DNA of 64,000 bases from an uncultured Actinomycetes bacterium (GTDB lineage: Bacteria; Actinomycetota; Acidimicrobiia; IMCC26256; DASPTH01), in assembly GCA_963815405.1 (NCBI GenBank), contig CAWFGR010000006.1, positions 82,350 through 146,349 on the forward strand, read 5' to 3'. Position 1 is the stretch's first letter. Every line of letters begins with the position of its first letter. Below are positions 47,562 through 56,888 of this stretch, piece by piece. The translations under genes were made by a program, and so were the position numbers. The notes beneath the pieces were generated by a model that was given only the letters and a program-made list of their open reading frames with translations, was not told where the DNA came from and made no database searches.

Positions 47562-48878
47562 TCATGCGCTGCGCACCTCGATCCGGGGGCGCGGGGCGCC
47601 GAAGCGAGCCTCGAGCTCCTCACGGAAGTACCAGCTGAGGCTCACGACCGGAGACACCGCGCTGGGGCCGAGCTGGCAGATCGTCGTCATGCCCGGAGGC
47701 CAGTTCAGGCCCGGCGCCAGGTTGTTGCCGAAGGACAGGAGGAGCTCGAAGTCCTCCGGACGCCCCGCGCCGTGCGCCATGCGGTAGAGGACCTTCTCGA
47801 TCCAGCCCGTCCCCTCGCGACAGGGCGTGCACTTGCCGCACGACTCATGAGCGAAGAACTTCGCGATGCGCCACGCGATCATCACGGGGTCGACCGTCTC
47901 GTCGAACACCATCACCGCGCCCGAGCCGAGCATCGTCTTGAGCGAAGTCGCGTGGTCGAGGTCGAGCGGCTCGTCGAGGTGCTGCGGCAACAGCCACGGT
48001 GACGACGCGCCACCGGGGATGAAGAACTTCAGCTCGCGGCCGCCGGAGATCCCTCCCGCGAGCCCGTCGATGAGGTCCCGGAAGGTGGCACCGAACTCCA
48101 CCTCGTAGTTCCCGGGACGCTCCACGTTGCCCGACACCGAGAACAGCTTGGTGCCGGTCGATCGGTTCACACCCATCTTCGAGTACCACTCGCCACCCTC
48201 ACGGATGATGTGCGGGATGGTCGACATCGTCTCGATGTTGTTGACGATCGTCGGCGCCGCGTACAGCCCCTGCACCGCAGGGAACGGCGGCTTGATCCGC
48301 GGCATGGCCCGTTCGCCTTCGAGGCTCGACAGCAAGCCCGTTTCATCGCCCGCGATGTAGCAGCCCGCGCCCCGGTGCAGCACGATCTCGAGGTCGTAGC
48401 CCGATCCCAAGATGTTGCTGCCGACGAACCCGCGCGCGTACGCCTCGCGCAGCGCGTGGCCGAGGCGCTCCGCACCGAGCGCGAACTCACCGCGCAAATA
48501 GATGAATGCCTGGTTGCACCGCGTCGCATACGCGCTGATCACGATGCCTTCGAGCACCTGGTGCGGGTCGCACTCGACCAGCATCCGGTCCTTGAACGTG
48601 CACGGCTCGCCCTCGTCGCCGTTGACCGCGAGGTAGCGGGGGAACGTGTCCTTGGGGAGGAAGGACCACTTCTGACCGGTGCCGAACCCTGCACCGCCGC
48701 GGCCGCGGAGCCCGGAGGTCACGACCTCGGTGACGATCGCGTCGGGCTCCATGGTGAGCGCCTTGCGCAACGAGTCGTACGCGCCGTTGGCGAGCGCCGC
48801 GTCGATCGTCCACGAATCCTCGGGGTGGTCGCGCAGGAACTTGGTCACGATGCGCGTCTCGTGGGCCGTTCCGGTCAT
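47562..48878 (-). CDS. nuoF: NADH-quinone oxidoreductase subunit F (14-gene operon)
   Basis: MTGTAHETRIVTK...SGLRGRGGAGFGTGQKWSF...YLAVNGDEGEPCTFKDR...ESCGKCTPCREGTGW... Confidence 0.92.
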   Translation of the reverse strand: MTGTAHETRIVTKFLRDHPEDSWTIDAALANGAYDSLRKALTMEPDAIVTEVVTSGLRGRGGAGFGTGQKWSFLPKDTFPRYLAVNGDEGEPCTFKDRMLVECDPHQVLEGIVISAYATRCNQAFIYLRGEFALGAERLGHALREAYARGFVGSNILGSGYDLEIVLHRGAGCYIAGDETGLLSSLEGERAMPRIKPPFPAVQGLYAAPTIVNNIETMSTIPHIIREGGEWYSKMGVNRSTGTKLFSVSGNVERPGNYEVEFGATFRDLIDGLAGGISGGRELKFFIPGGASSPWLLPQHLDEPLDLDHATSLKTMLGSGAVMVFDETVDPVMIAWRIAKFFAHESCGKCTPCREGTGWIEKVLYRMAHGAGRPEDFELLLSFGNNLAPGLNWPPGMTTICQLGPSAVSPVVSLSWYFREELEARFGAPRPRIEVRSA

Positions 48879-49390
48879 GCCCGCCCGCTCCCACCGCTCA
48901 CAGGGGCCGGCGTCCCCGACAGCGTGCGCGCCACACGGGCACCGCTGCGGTACTCGGCCACGAGATCGTCGGCGGACGCCGAGGTGGTCGGTCCGTGATA
49001 CTCGTAGTTGACCTGCAGAACCGGGGCGAGATCGCACGCCGCGATGCATTCGACTTCCTCGACCATCACGTCGGGATCGTCAGCGTACCGGTGCCGGAGG
49101 TGCTCGAGCAGGTCGGCACCGCCGTTGACGAGACAGCTCACGTTGGTGCACACCGACACCACGAGGGAGCCCTCCGGCTCGCGCTTGAACATCGTGTAGA
49201 AGCTGCACGTCCCGAGCACCTGCGCAGACGTGAGGCCGAGGAGGTCGGCGATCTCCGCGATCGCGGGGTCGGTCACCGCACCGTCCTGATCCTGTGCCAG
49301 GTGCAGCAACGGCAGCGTCGCCGACCGCGCTTGCGGGTATCGAGCGATGATCTCGCGTGCCAGCTTGAGGTTGGCGTCGGTGAACGGCAC
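48875..49390 (-). CDS. nuoE: NADH-quinone oxidoreductase subunit E (14-gene operon)
   Basis: ...SATLPLLHLAQDQDG...VSVCTNVSCLVNGG...VECIAACDLAPVLQVN... Confidence 0.9.
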   Translation of the reverse strand: MPFTDANLKLAREIIARYPQARSATLPLLHLAQDQDGAVTDPAIAEIADLLGLTSAQVLGTCSFYTMFKREPEGSLVVSVCTNVSCLVNGGADLLEHLRHRYADDPDVMVEEVECIAACDLAPVLQVNYEYHGPTTSASADDLVAEYRSGARVARTLSGTPAPVSGGSGRA

Positions 49391-50676
49391 TAGCGGTCGA
49401 CCTCCCCCATGATCGGGTCGATGCTCGACACGATCGCGACCGCATCGGCGACCAGGCTGCCGGGCACCATCGCGCTCATCGACTGGAGGTTGTAGAAGGA
49501 CGGCCCGCGAATGTGCATGCGCACCGGCTTCGCCGACCCGTCGGAGACCAGGTAGCAGCCGATCTCACCTCGCGGTGATTCGATCGCGATGTAGGTCTCG
49601 CCCGCAGGCACACGGAAGCCCTCGGTGAAGAGCTTGAAGTGGTGGATCAACGCCTCCATCGACTCGTCGATGCGCGCACGCGGCGGCGGCGTGACCTTGT
49701 GATCCTGGGTGCGGTAGTCACCCGAGGGCATGGCGTCCACGCATTGGCGCACGATCTTGAGCGACTCGAGGATCTCATAGAGCCGGATGACGTAGCGGTC
49801 GTACGTGTCGCCGTGCTCCGTGTAGATGACGTCGAAGTCGACGTCGTCGTACGCGAGGTACGGCTGCGCCTTGCGGAGATCCCACGCGAAGCCGGTGGAG
49901 CGCAGAATCGGCCCGGTCGCACCGAGGGCGAGCGCCTGCTGCGTGGTGATGGTGCCGATCCCGACCGTGCGTTCGCGCCAGATGGGGTTCTCGGAGAGCA
50001 GCTCCTGGTACTCGGCGACACCTCGTTCGACGAGGTCGCAGACGTCGAGGGTGGCGTCCTCCCAACCGTCGGGGAGGTCGGCCGCGACGCCGCCGGGGCG
50101 GATGAAGTTGTGGTTCATCCGCAAGCCGGTGATGCGCTCGAGCAGACGCAGCGTCTCCTCACGCTCGCGCCAGCCGTAGATCATCATCGACACCGCGCCG
50201 ATGTCCATTCCGTTGGTCGCCTGGAACAAGAGGTGCGACGAGATGCGGTTCAGCTCGACGAGCATCATGCGGATCCACGTCGCGCGCGGTGGGATGTCCA
50301 GCTCGAGCAGGCGCTCGACCGCGAGGCAGTAGACGAGCTCGTTCGACAGCGGCGACGCGTAGTCCATGCGGGTGACGTTCGTCGGACCCTGGACGTAGGT
50401 GAGCTCCTCGCCCGTCTTCTCCATGCCGGTGTGGAGGTAGCCGACGACGGCCTTGCTCCGCAGCACGACCTCGGAGTCGAGCTCCATCATGATCCGGAGC
50501 ACGCCGTGCGTGGACGGGTGCTGCGGGCCCATGTTCATGATCATGGTGTCGCCGGCCTCGGGCCACGGCCCGCCGGTCATCACCAGCTCGCGGTCGGTCG
50601 GGGGGCGCAGCTCCTGCGCGCCCTCGTCGGTCTGGCGCTCGAGGCGCGACATCTCGCGGTCCGTCGGAAGCGTCAT
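49390..50676 (-). CDS. nuoD: NADH-quinone oxidoreductase subunit D (14-gene operon)
   Basis: ...MIMNMGPQHPSTHGVLRIMMELDSE...VGYLHTGMEKT...SSIDPIMGEVDR. Confidence 0.92.
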   Translation of the reverse strand: MTLPTDREMSRLERQTDEGAQELRPPTDRELVMTGGPWPEAGDTMIMNMGPQHPSTHGVLRIMMELDSEVVLRSKAVVGYLHTGMEKTGEELTYVQGPTNVTRMDYASPLSNELVYCLAVERLLELDIPPRATWIRMMLVELNRISSHLLFQATNGMDIGAVSMMIYGWREREETLRLLERITGLRMNHNFIRPGGVAADLPDGWEDATLDVCDLVERGVAEYQELLSENPIWRERTVGIGTITTQQALALGATGPILRSTGFAWDLRKAQPYLAYDDVDFDVIYTEHGDTYDRYVIRLYEILESLKIVRQCVDAMPSGDYRTQDHKVTPPPRARIDESMEALIHHFKLFTEGFRVPAGETYIAIESPRGEIGCYLVSDGSAKPVRMHIRGPSFYNLQSMSAMVPGSLVADAVAIVSSIDPIMGEVDR

Positions 50677-51230
50677 CGTGGAGCCGGGTCGCCCTTGAAG
50701 GTCACGGGGATGCGCGCCGGCGCCGCGTCCTTGCGGAGGGGGAATCCGACCCAGTCGTCGGGCATCAGGATGCGCGTCAGGTCGGGGTGGCCGCGGAACG
50801 TGATGCCGAACAGGTCGAACACCTCGCGCTCCGCGAAGTTCACACCCGGGTAGAGGTCGCTGAGGCTGTCGATCTCGGCGTCGCCGGCGTCAAGTTGGCA
50901 GATCACACGCACGCGGCGGTTGCGGGGGTGCGAGAGGAGGTTGGCAACGACTTCGAAGCGTGCGGCAGCGACACCTTCGGGCACGGCACGCGCCGCGTCG
51001 GCGAGGTGGTCGACTGCGGTGACGTCGAGACATTGGGTGAACCGCTCGTCGTCGCGGAGGACGGTCGCGACCTCGTGCCAGACGTCCCGGTCGACGTAGA
51101 CGACGGCCTGCCCGTGGGACTCGACTCCGACCGATCCCGCAAAGCGCGCCACGAGCGCGGCGACGACCACGTCGACCGGGGTCGAGGTCTCGTCCTTGTG
51201 ATCTTGTTCACGAGGGGTCGCATCGGTCAT
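50673..51230 (-). CDS. nuoC: NADH-quinone oxidoreductase subunit C (14-gene operon)
   Basis: MTDATPREQ...FTQCLDVTAVDHL...SLSDLYPGVNFAEREVFDLFGITFRGHPDL... Confidence 0.88.
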   Translation of the reverse strand: MTDATPREQDHKDETSTPVDVVVAALVARFAGSVGVESHGQAVVYVDRDVWHEVATVLRDDERFTQCLDVTAVDHLADAARAVPEGVAAARFEVVANLLSHPRNRRVRVICQLDAGDAEIDSLSDLYPGVNFAEREVFDLFGITFRGHPDLTRILMPDDWVGFPLRKDAAPARIPVTFKGDPAPR

Positions 51231-51252
51231 CGAGGACGCTCGCCTGCCGCAC

Positions 51253-51795
51253 TCAGACCGAGACGCGCGCGCCGTCGCGCTGCTCGACGAGCACCCCCGC
51301 ACCGCCGTGCTCGGTGCTCGAGCGCCGGCGCATGATCTCCCCCGTCCGGATCATCTCGTTGAGCGTGAGGATCCCGTGCATGAGCGTCTCCGGTCCCGGC
51401 GGGCAGCCGGGAACGTACACGTCGACGGGAACGATCTGGTCGACGCCCTGCACGATCGCGTAGTTGTTGAACATCCCCCCGCTGCTGGCGCACACCCCCA
51501 TCGAGATCACCCACTTGGGCTCGACCATCTGGTCGTAGACCTGGCGCAGCACCGGCGCCATCTTCTGGCTGACCCGGCCGGCGACGATCATGAGGTCGGC
51601 CTGGCGCGGGCTCGCGCGGAACACCTCCATGCCCCAGCGGGCGAGGTCGTAGTGCGCGGCGCCGGTCGCCATCATCTCGATCGCGCAGCATGCGAGACCG
51701 AAGGTGGCCGGCCACGTCGAGCTCCGCCGGGCCCACCGCACGAGATCCTCCACCTTCCCGGTGAGGAAGTTGTGGCTGACCGCCTCGAGTCCCAT
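51253..51795 (-). CDS. nuoB: NADH-quinone oxidoreductase subunit B (14-gene operon)
   Basis: [10 protein letters not shown]...[16 protein letters not shown]...[14 protein letters not shown]...[19 protein letters not shown]... Confidence 0.92.
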   Translation of the reverse strand: MGLEAVSHNFLTGKVEDLVRWARRSSTWPATFGLACCAIEMMATGAAHYDLARWGMEVFRASPRQADLMIVAGRVSQKMAPVLRQVYDQMVEPKWVISMGVCASSGGMFNNYAIVQGVDQIVPVDVYVPGCPPGPETLMHGILTLNEMIRTGEIMRRRSSTEHGGAGVLVEQRDGARVSV

Positions 51796-52271
51796 CAGGC
51801 GGCCCGCCCTTCGTCGCCGCCGGCAGCGGGGAGCGAAACCGGGTCGAGGCCGTCGCGGCCGGGTGCCCCGACCACGCGGAGCACACCCGTGCCCGTCCTC
51901 GCGAGCACACGCTTCACCGGGCCCCAGTCGAGCGCGCCGGTCGACAAGAGGTATGCAAATGGGATGAGCAGCACGATGAGGAAGATCCCCATCGCGATGA
52001 GCCCATACGCGGCGAGACCGCGGAAGACGGTGGTGAAGGGATATAAGAACACGATCTCGACATCGAGGACGATGAACGCCATCGCGACCAGGTAGAACTT
52101 GACCGGGAAGCGCTCGACAGGCTCGAACTCGGAAACGATCCCACACTCGTAAGGTGCCCGCTTCGCGGACGTCGGGCGCCGAGGTCCGAGCAGCGACGAA
52201 GCGAGGAACGAGAGACCGACGAACGCGAAGACCAGCACGATCATGGTCAGGATCGGCAGGTAATCACGCAC
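51795..52271 (-). CDS. nuoA: NADH-quinone oxidoreductase subunit A (14-gene operon), with a roughly 40-aa C-terminal tail
   Basis: GTG at 52271 after [32 protein letters not shown]...APYECGIV...[22 protein letters not shown]... Confidence 0.88.
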   Translation of the reverse strand: MRDYLPILTMIVLVFAFVGLSFLASSLLGPRRPTSAKRAPYECGIVSEFEPVERFPVKFYLVAMAFIVLDVEIVFLYPFTTVFRGLAAYGLIAMGIFLIVLLIPFAYLLSTGALDWGPVKRVLARTGTGVLRVVGAPGRDGLDPVSLPAAGGDEGRAA

Positions 52272-52423
52272 GCGATCCTCCTCCGAAGCTTCCCCCGACG
52301 TCGCGGTGGAGGCTATCCGAAGCGAGTCGGTGCAACGCAAAGCCGTCACCCATTCACCCGGCAGTGACGTCACCGCGGTGGGCTGCTAGGGTCCCCCGAA
52401 CCTCGGGCGGACCCACGGAGCTC

Positions 52424-53497
52424 ATGACTGTCCTTCGACGTCGCTACGCGGTTGCTGCGGCCTTCGTTCTCGCACTTGCGGTCGTTGCATCCTCGACCAT
52501 GGCTGGAGCCGATGAGCTGAGCGACGCGCGCGCCAAGCTCGCCGCCGCCCGCGCGGCCGCGACGCAGGCGGCGAGCGAGCTCAATGTGGCTCAGAACAAG
52601 CTCGCCGACCTCGACAACACGATCTCCGATCTCGAGGCGCGCGTCGCGCAGCAGAAGCAGCGCGCGTCCGAGCTGCAAGACATCGCACGTCGCCGCGCCG
52701 TCTATGCCTACAAGAACGCGAGCGACCAGCTCGACATCGTGGTGGGCGCGGGCGACCCCGTCGACGCCGCGCGGCGGACCCAGCTGCTCGAGCACGCCAA
52801 CCAGAACGACAACAAGGCCGTGCGGAGCCTCGCGGCGATCAACGCCGACCTCGACGCCCAGCAGAGCCAGCTCCGCACGCAGCGGGCGCAAGAGCTGACG
52901 GTGAAGAGCGCGCTCGACACGAAGAACCGTGACCTCCAGGCCAAGCTCGTCGACGCGCAGAACGCCACGAGCGCGCTCGAAGCGAAGCTCGCCGCGGCGC
53001 AAGCGAAGGCGGACGCCGACAACGCCGCACGGCTGGCCGCGGAACGCGCTCGTCTCAACGGCGGTGCGCCGGCAGGCAACCTCGGGCCCGGCGTCATCGT
53101 CGTGAACCCCGGCGGCGGCGTGTTCCAGTGTCCCGTCACGGGCGCGGCGTACACCGACGACTTCGGTGGCGCGCGCAACCACATGGGCAACGACCTCTTC
53201 GTGCCGATCGGCACCATGGCGGTCGCGGTCAAGGGCGGCACCGTCACGTACGTGCCGAACGAAGGAGCGGGCGGCAACACCGCGTACCTGTACGCGAACG
53301 ACGGCAACGTCTTCTTCTACGCTCACCTCTCGCAGTTCGTCGGCGGCCCACGGCAGGTCTCGCAGGGGGAGGTCATCGCCCTGTCCGGGATGACCGGCAA
53401 CGCCACCGCACCCCACGTGCACTTCGAGATCCGTCTCGGCGGCGCGAACGGCACCCGCATCGACCCGTACCCGACGCTCAAGAGCGCAGGCTGCTGA
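52424..53497 (+). CDS. Secreted M23 family metallopeptidase with an N-terminal coiled-coil
   Basis: Signal peptide MTVLRRRYAVAAAFVLALAVVASSTMAGA, long Ala/Gln-rich coiled-coil, then NHMGNDLF (HxxxD) and APHVHFEI (HxH). Confidence 0.82.
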   Translation: MTVLRRRYAVAAAFVLALAVVASSTMAGADELSDARAKLAAARAAATQAASELNVAQNKLADLDNTISDLEARVAQQKQRASELQDIARRRAVYAYKNASDQLDIVVGAGDPVDAARRTQLLEHANQNDNKAVRSLAAINADLDAQQSQLRTQRAQELTVKSALDTKNRDLQAKLVDAQNATSALEAKLAAAQAKADADNAARLAAERARLNGGAPAGNLGPGVIVVNPGGGVFQCPVTGAAYTDDFGGARNHMGNDLFVPIGTMAVAVKGGTVTYVPNEGAGGNTAYLYANDGNVFFYAHLSQFVGGPRQVSQGEVIALSGMTGNATAPHVHFEIRLGGANGTRIDPYPTLKSAGC

Positions 53498-53631
53498 GAG
53501 CGCGCTCCGAAAGGCGCGCAGGCTCGTGGCCCGAGCGGCCCGGCCCAAAGGGCCGAGCGCGGAAGAGGAGGACCCGATCGTCGACAGGCGATGACAGACG
53601 TCGCTGATAGCGTGACGGTCGGAGGGTTCCC

Positions 53632-54138
53632 ATGGAAGAGCATCCGCGCAGCCAGGACGTGCTCGAGCCGTTGTACGTCGCGGACCTCGACCACCGATCA
53701 CTCGACGAGCTCCGCGTCATGCGGGCCGAATGCGCCGACATCGAGAACGCGGTGTCCTACGTGCGACGAATCGCGCAAGCGCGGATCGACATCCTCGAGG
53801 CAGAAGCCGACCGCAGAGCGCGAGGCGGTTCGTTGGAAGAGCTGATCCGCGCCCTGCCCCGCATCCTCGCCGACTCCGGACCGCGCGCCGCACCCGCGTC
53901 GAGCCGTCTGGCGCTCCCGCTCGCGCCCGGCCAGGAGAGCGAGTGGGCGCCACGGCTTGCAGCCATCGAGGCCGCCGTCGCCGATCTGCCGTCGCTCGAC
54001 GACGATCGCCTCCAATCGGTCCTCGGGGAGCTGCGCTCACTCGAGCACGAGGTCTCCGCGCAACGTCACGGTTTGCACGGAGTGCTCGACCAAGTCGACG
54101 CGGCACTCGCTCGACGGCTCGCCGCCGAGTCGGTCTAG
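53632..54138 (+). CDS. RsiG-like coiled-coil protein carrying c-di-GMP-binding signature motifs
   Basis: ENAVSYVRRIAQARID matches E-x3-S-x2-R-x3-Q-x3-D exactly. EHEVSAQRHGLHGVLD is a second copy with Q replaced by H. Confidence 0.55.
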   Translation: MEEHPRSQDVLEPLYVADLDHRSLDELRVMRAECADIENAVSYVRRIAQARIDILEAEADRRARGGSLEELIRALPRILADSGPRAAPASSRLALPLAPGQESEWAPRLAAIEAAVADLPSLDDDRLQSVLGELRSLEHEVSAQRHGLHGVLDQVDAALARRLAAESV

Positions 54139-54217
54139 CCAGTCGCAGGTCCGATACCGCGACCCTGCAGGGCCCAACCGCCCGGGTCGTCCACGCGCGA
54201 CCGGGCGTTAGCATCGG

Positions 54218-55440
54218 ATGCCTATGCGCCGGGTCGCCGTACTCAGCATCCACACGTCGCCGTTGGCACAACCGGGCAGCGGCGACGGCGGCGGGATGAA
54301 CGTGTACGTGCGCTCGCTCGCATCGGCGCTCGCACGGGCCGGCGTCGCCGTCGACGTCCTGACGCGCGCCGACCACCCCGCACAACCGCGTGTCGCGGAG
54401 ATCGAGCCGCGCTTTCGCGTCGTCCACCTCGAGGTCGGACCACGACGACCACTGCCGTTGCACGAGCTCCCGGACCTCATCGGCGAGCTCACCGCCGCCG
54501 CGCACGAACAGCTCGAGCGCCTCGGCGGCGACCACCGGCTCGTTCACGCGAACTACTGGGTGTCGGGCGCCGTCGCCCATCGCCTCAAGCACGACCTCGA
54601 GGTCCCGCTCGTCACCACCTTCCACACGCTCGAACGAGTGAAGGCCGCGCTCGGCGTTGGCCATGACGGCGGACTGCGACCGCACGTGGAGGCCGAGGTC
54701 GTCCGCTGCTCCGACCTCCTCGTCGCCTCGACGCACGACGAGCGCGACCAACTGCTGCGGCTCTACGGCGCGGCCGCCGAACGCATCGAGATCATCCCGC
54801 CCGGCGTCGATCACCACATCTTCAGCCCCGGGGATCGCGTGGCGGCGCGCCGGCACCTCGGTCTCGACGATCAACCGACGCTCTTGTTCGTCGGACGCAT
54901 CCAACCGCTCAAGGGCATCGACCTCGCAATCGGCGCGTTGGCCGCGCTCGGAGTGCCACGCGCGCGCGTCTGCTCGTCGTCGGGGGACCGAGCGGAGCCG
55001 ATGGCGCGAGCGAGCTCGCCCACCTCGAGCAGCTTGCGACTGACCTGGGCGTCCGCGATCAGATCCAGTTCGTGCCACCACAGCGCCACGACCGGCTCGC
55101 TGACTTCTACCGTGCTGCTGACGTGTGCCTCGTCCCGTCGCGAAGCGAGTCGTTCGGACTCGTCGCACTCGAAGCCGCCGCATGCGCGACGCCGGTCATC
55201 GCCGCGTCCGTCGGGGGGCTCCGGTCGCTCGTCCGCCACGGTGAGACCGGATTGCTCGTCAGCACGCGAGACGCCGCGAGCTACGCAGCGTGTGCCGACG
55301 CGATCTTGCGCGGCGCTCACCCGCGGATGGGCACGCAGGCCGCGTCCAACGCCACGCGATACCGCTGGGGCATTGCCGCGGCGCGCCTGCGTCGTCACTA
55401 CGACGACCTCGCCGCCCGCACGCTCGTCATGTGCTCGTGA
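54218..55440 (+). CDS. mshA: D-inositol-3-phosphate glycosyltransferase (mycothiol biosynthesis), frame break near 54950-54968
   Basis: RRVAVLSIHTSPLAQPGSGDGGGMNVYV... The C-terminal half LLVVGGPSG...FVPPQRHDRLADFYRAADVCLVPSRSESFGLVALEAAACATPVIAA is in the next frame. Span is 3n+2. Confidence 0.85.
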
Positions 55441-55862
55441 ACCTCGAGACGGCGTACGCGCTCGTCGCCGAACATCTCGAGCACGCCGTCGCCGACGAGC
55501 CGTACGTCGACCACGTCGAGTACGACGCGGAGCTTCGACGTTGGTACGTGCGTTTCCGTTGCGCCGGGCGCGACGCGACCACGATCTACTTCGATCTCCA
55601 CCCGCGCACCTTGCGCTACGAGGTGTACTTCCTCCCCGACCCACCGCGCGCGCACCTCGAGCTCTACCGGTACCTGCTCGTTCGCAACCATCGGCTCTAT
55701 GGAGCGAAGTTCTCCCTCGGCCCCGACGGCGACCTCTACCTCGTCGGGCGTGTGGCGCTCGAGCACCTCACGATCGGGGAGCTCGACCGCATCATCGGCG
55801 TCATCTACGAGACGGTGGAAGCGACGTTCCCGCACGCGGTCGGGATCGCCTTTCGCCGCTGA
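55437..55862 (+). CDS. YbjN-domain protein
   Basis: GTG in a GTGA overlap with mshA. VNLETAYALVAEHLEH...WYVRFRCAGRDATTIYFDLHPRTLRYEVYF...LYLVGRVALEHLTIGELDRIIGVIYE. Confidence 0.65.
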   Translation: MNLETAYALVAEHLEHAVADEPYVDHVEYDAELRRWYVRFRCAGRDATTIYFDLHPRTLRYEVYFLPDPPRAHLELYRYLLVRNHRLYGAKFSLGPDGDLYLVGRVALEHLTIGELDRIIGVIYETVEATFPHAVGIAFRR

Positions 55863-56082
55863 TCCGTCCGCAGGCGGTCTTGCGTCTGTGTCCGGTTTAT
55901 GCCAATATGTCCACAGCCGGGCCCGAGGTACGCGAAGCCCGCTCCGTTCGGGGAAGTGCGGAGCGAGTGGAGTCTCCTCGGGCCCGAGCGCGCGCCGGCC
56001 ACCTGCGAGCAGCCCGCGTCAGACGCCGCCGGATGCGTTGGTTTGCAACGGTCGGATCCCGCTTCACGGTTACGCTCGCACG

Positions 56083-56888
56083 ATGAACGTGGCCGTGCTC
56101 GGCGGAGGGAAGATGGGCGAGGCCCTCGCCGTCGGTCTCGTCGCCTCGGGGTGGGAGCCGTCTTCGCTGGCCGTCGCCGAAGTCGACGCCGACCGTCGCC
56201 ACCTGCTCGAGGGGCGGCTGCCCGGCGCCCGCATCGTCCCCAGCCCGGCGTGGGCGGCGGCCGACGCCGGCGCGGTGGTCGTCGCGGTGAAGCCCGCCGA
56301 CGTGGCCGAAGCCATCGGCACCGCGCTGCCCGCGCTCCGCGCGGACGCCCTCCTGCTCTCGATCGCGGCCGGCGTCACCATCGAGGCATTGGAGTCCGCC
56401 GCGCCCGGTCATCCGGTCGTCCGCGCGATGCCCAACACGGGCGCGCTCGTCGGCGTGGGTGCCGCGGCGATCGCGGCCGGCACCCACGCCACCGAGTCCG
56501 ACCTGCAGCTCGCCGAGCAGATCCTCGGGAGCGTCGGCACGGTCGTGCGCGTGCCCGAGAAGCTGCTGGACGCGGTGACCGGCCTGTCCGGCTCGGGACC
56601 GGCCTACTTCTTTCTCGTCGCCGAGGCCCTCATCGATGCCGGCGTGCTCGTCGGGCTCCCGCGCGACACCGCAGACGCGCTCGTGCGCCAGACGATGCTC
56701 GGCTCCGCCACGTTGCTCACGAGCGGTGCCGGGAGCCCAGAGTCGCTGCGCGCCGCGGTCACCTCGCCCGGCGGCACGACGGCCGCGGGGACTGCACGCG
56801 CTCGAGGCACACGGCGTTCGCGCCGCCATCCTCGAGGCAGTCTCCGCGGCGACCGAGCGCTCGCGGCGCGTTGGGCCGCCCCTCGTGA
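56083..56888 (+). CDS. proC: Pyrroline-5-carboxylate reductase, two apparent frame breaks (about 56787-56790 and about 56860-56880)
   Basis: MNVAVLGGGKMGEAL...RAMPNTGALVGVGAAAIA...LSGSGPAYFFLVAEALIDAGV...VTSPGGTTAAG, then LHALEAHGVRAAILEAVSAATERS in the next frame. The first break site is GCGGGG-A. Confidence 0.82.

Noticed and set aside
43487-47623. 1378-aa ORF that looks like a NuoG-NuoH fusion
   Set aside because: The natural NuoG terminus (DLVDLREPVTELRVETTR-TGA) is in the next frame and forms an ATGA overlap with the nuoH ATG at 44695. One extra base near 44781 creates the read-through.
52272-52423. Rex operator upstream of the 14-gene nuo operon
   Set aside because: No TTGTGAA...TTCACAA-like site. 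The TTCAC/GTGAC half-sites present are in the inverted arrangement, so I report them only as an unassigned palindrome.
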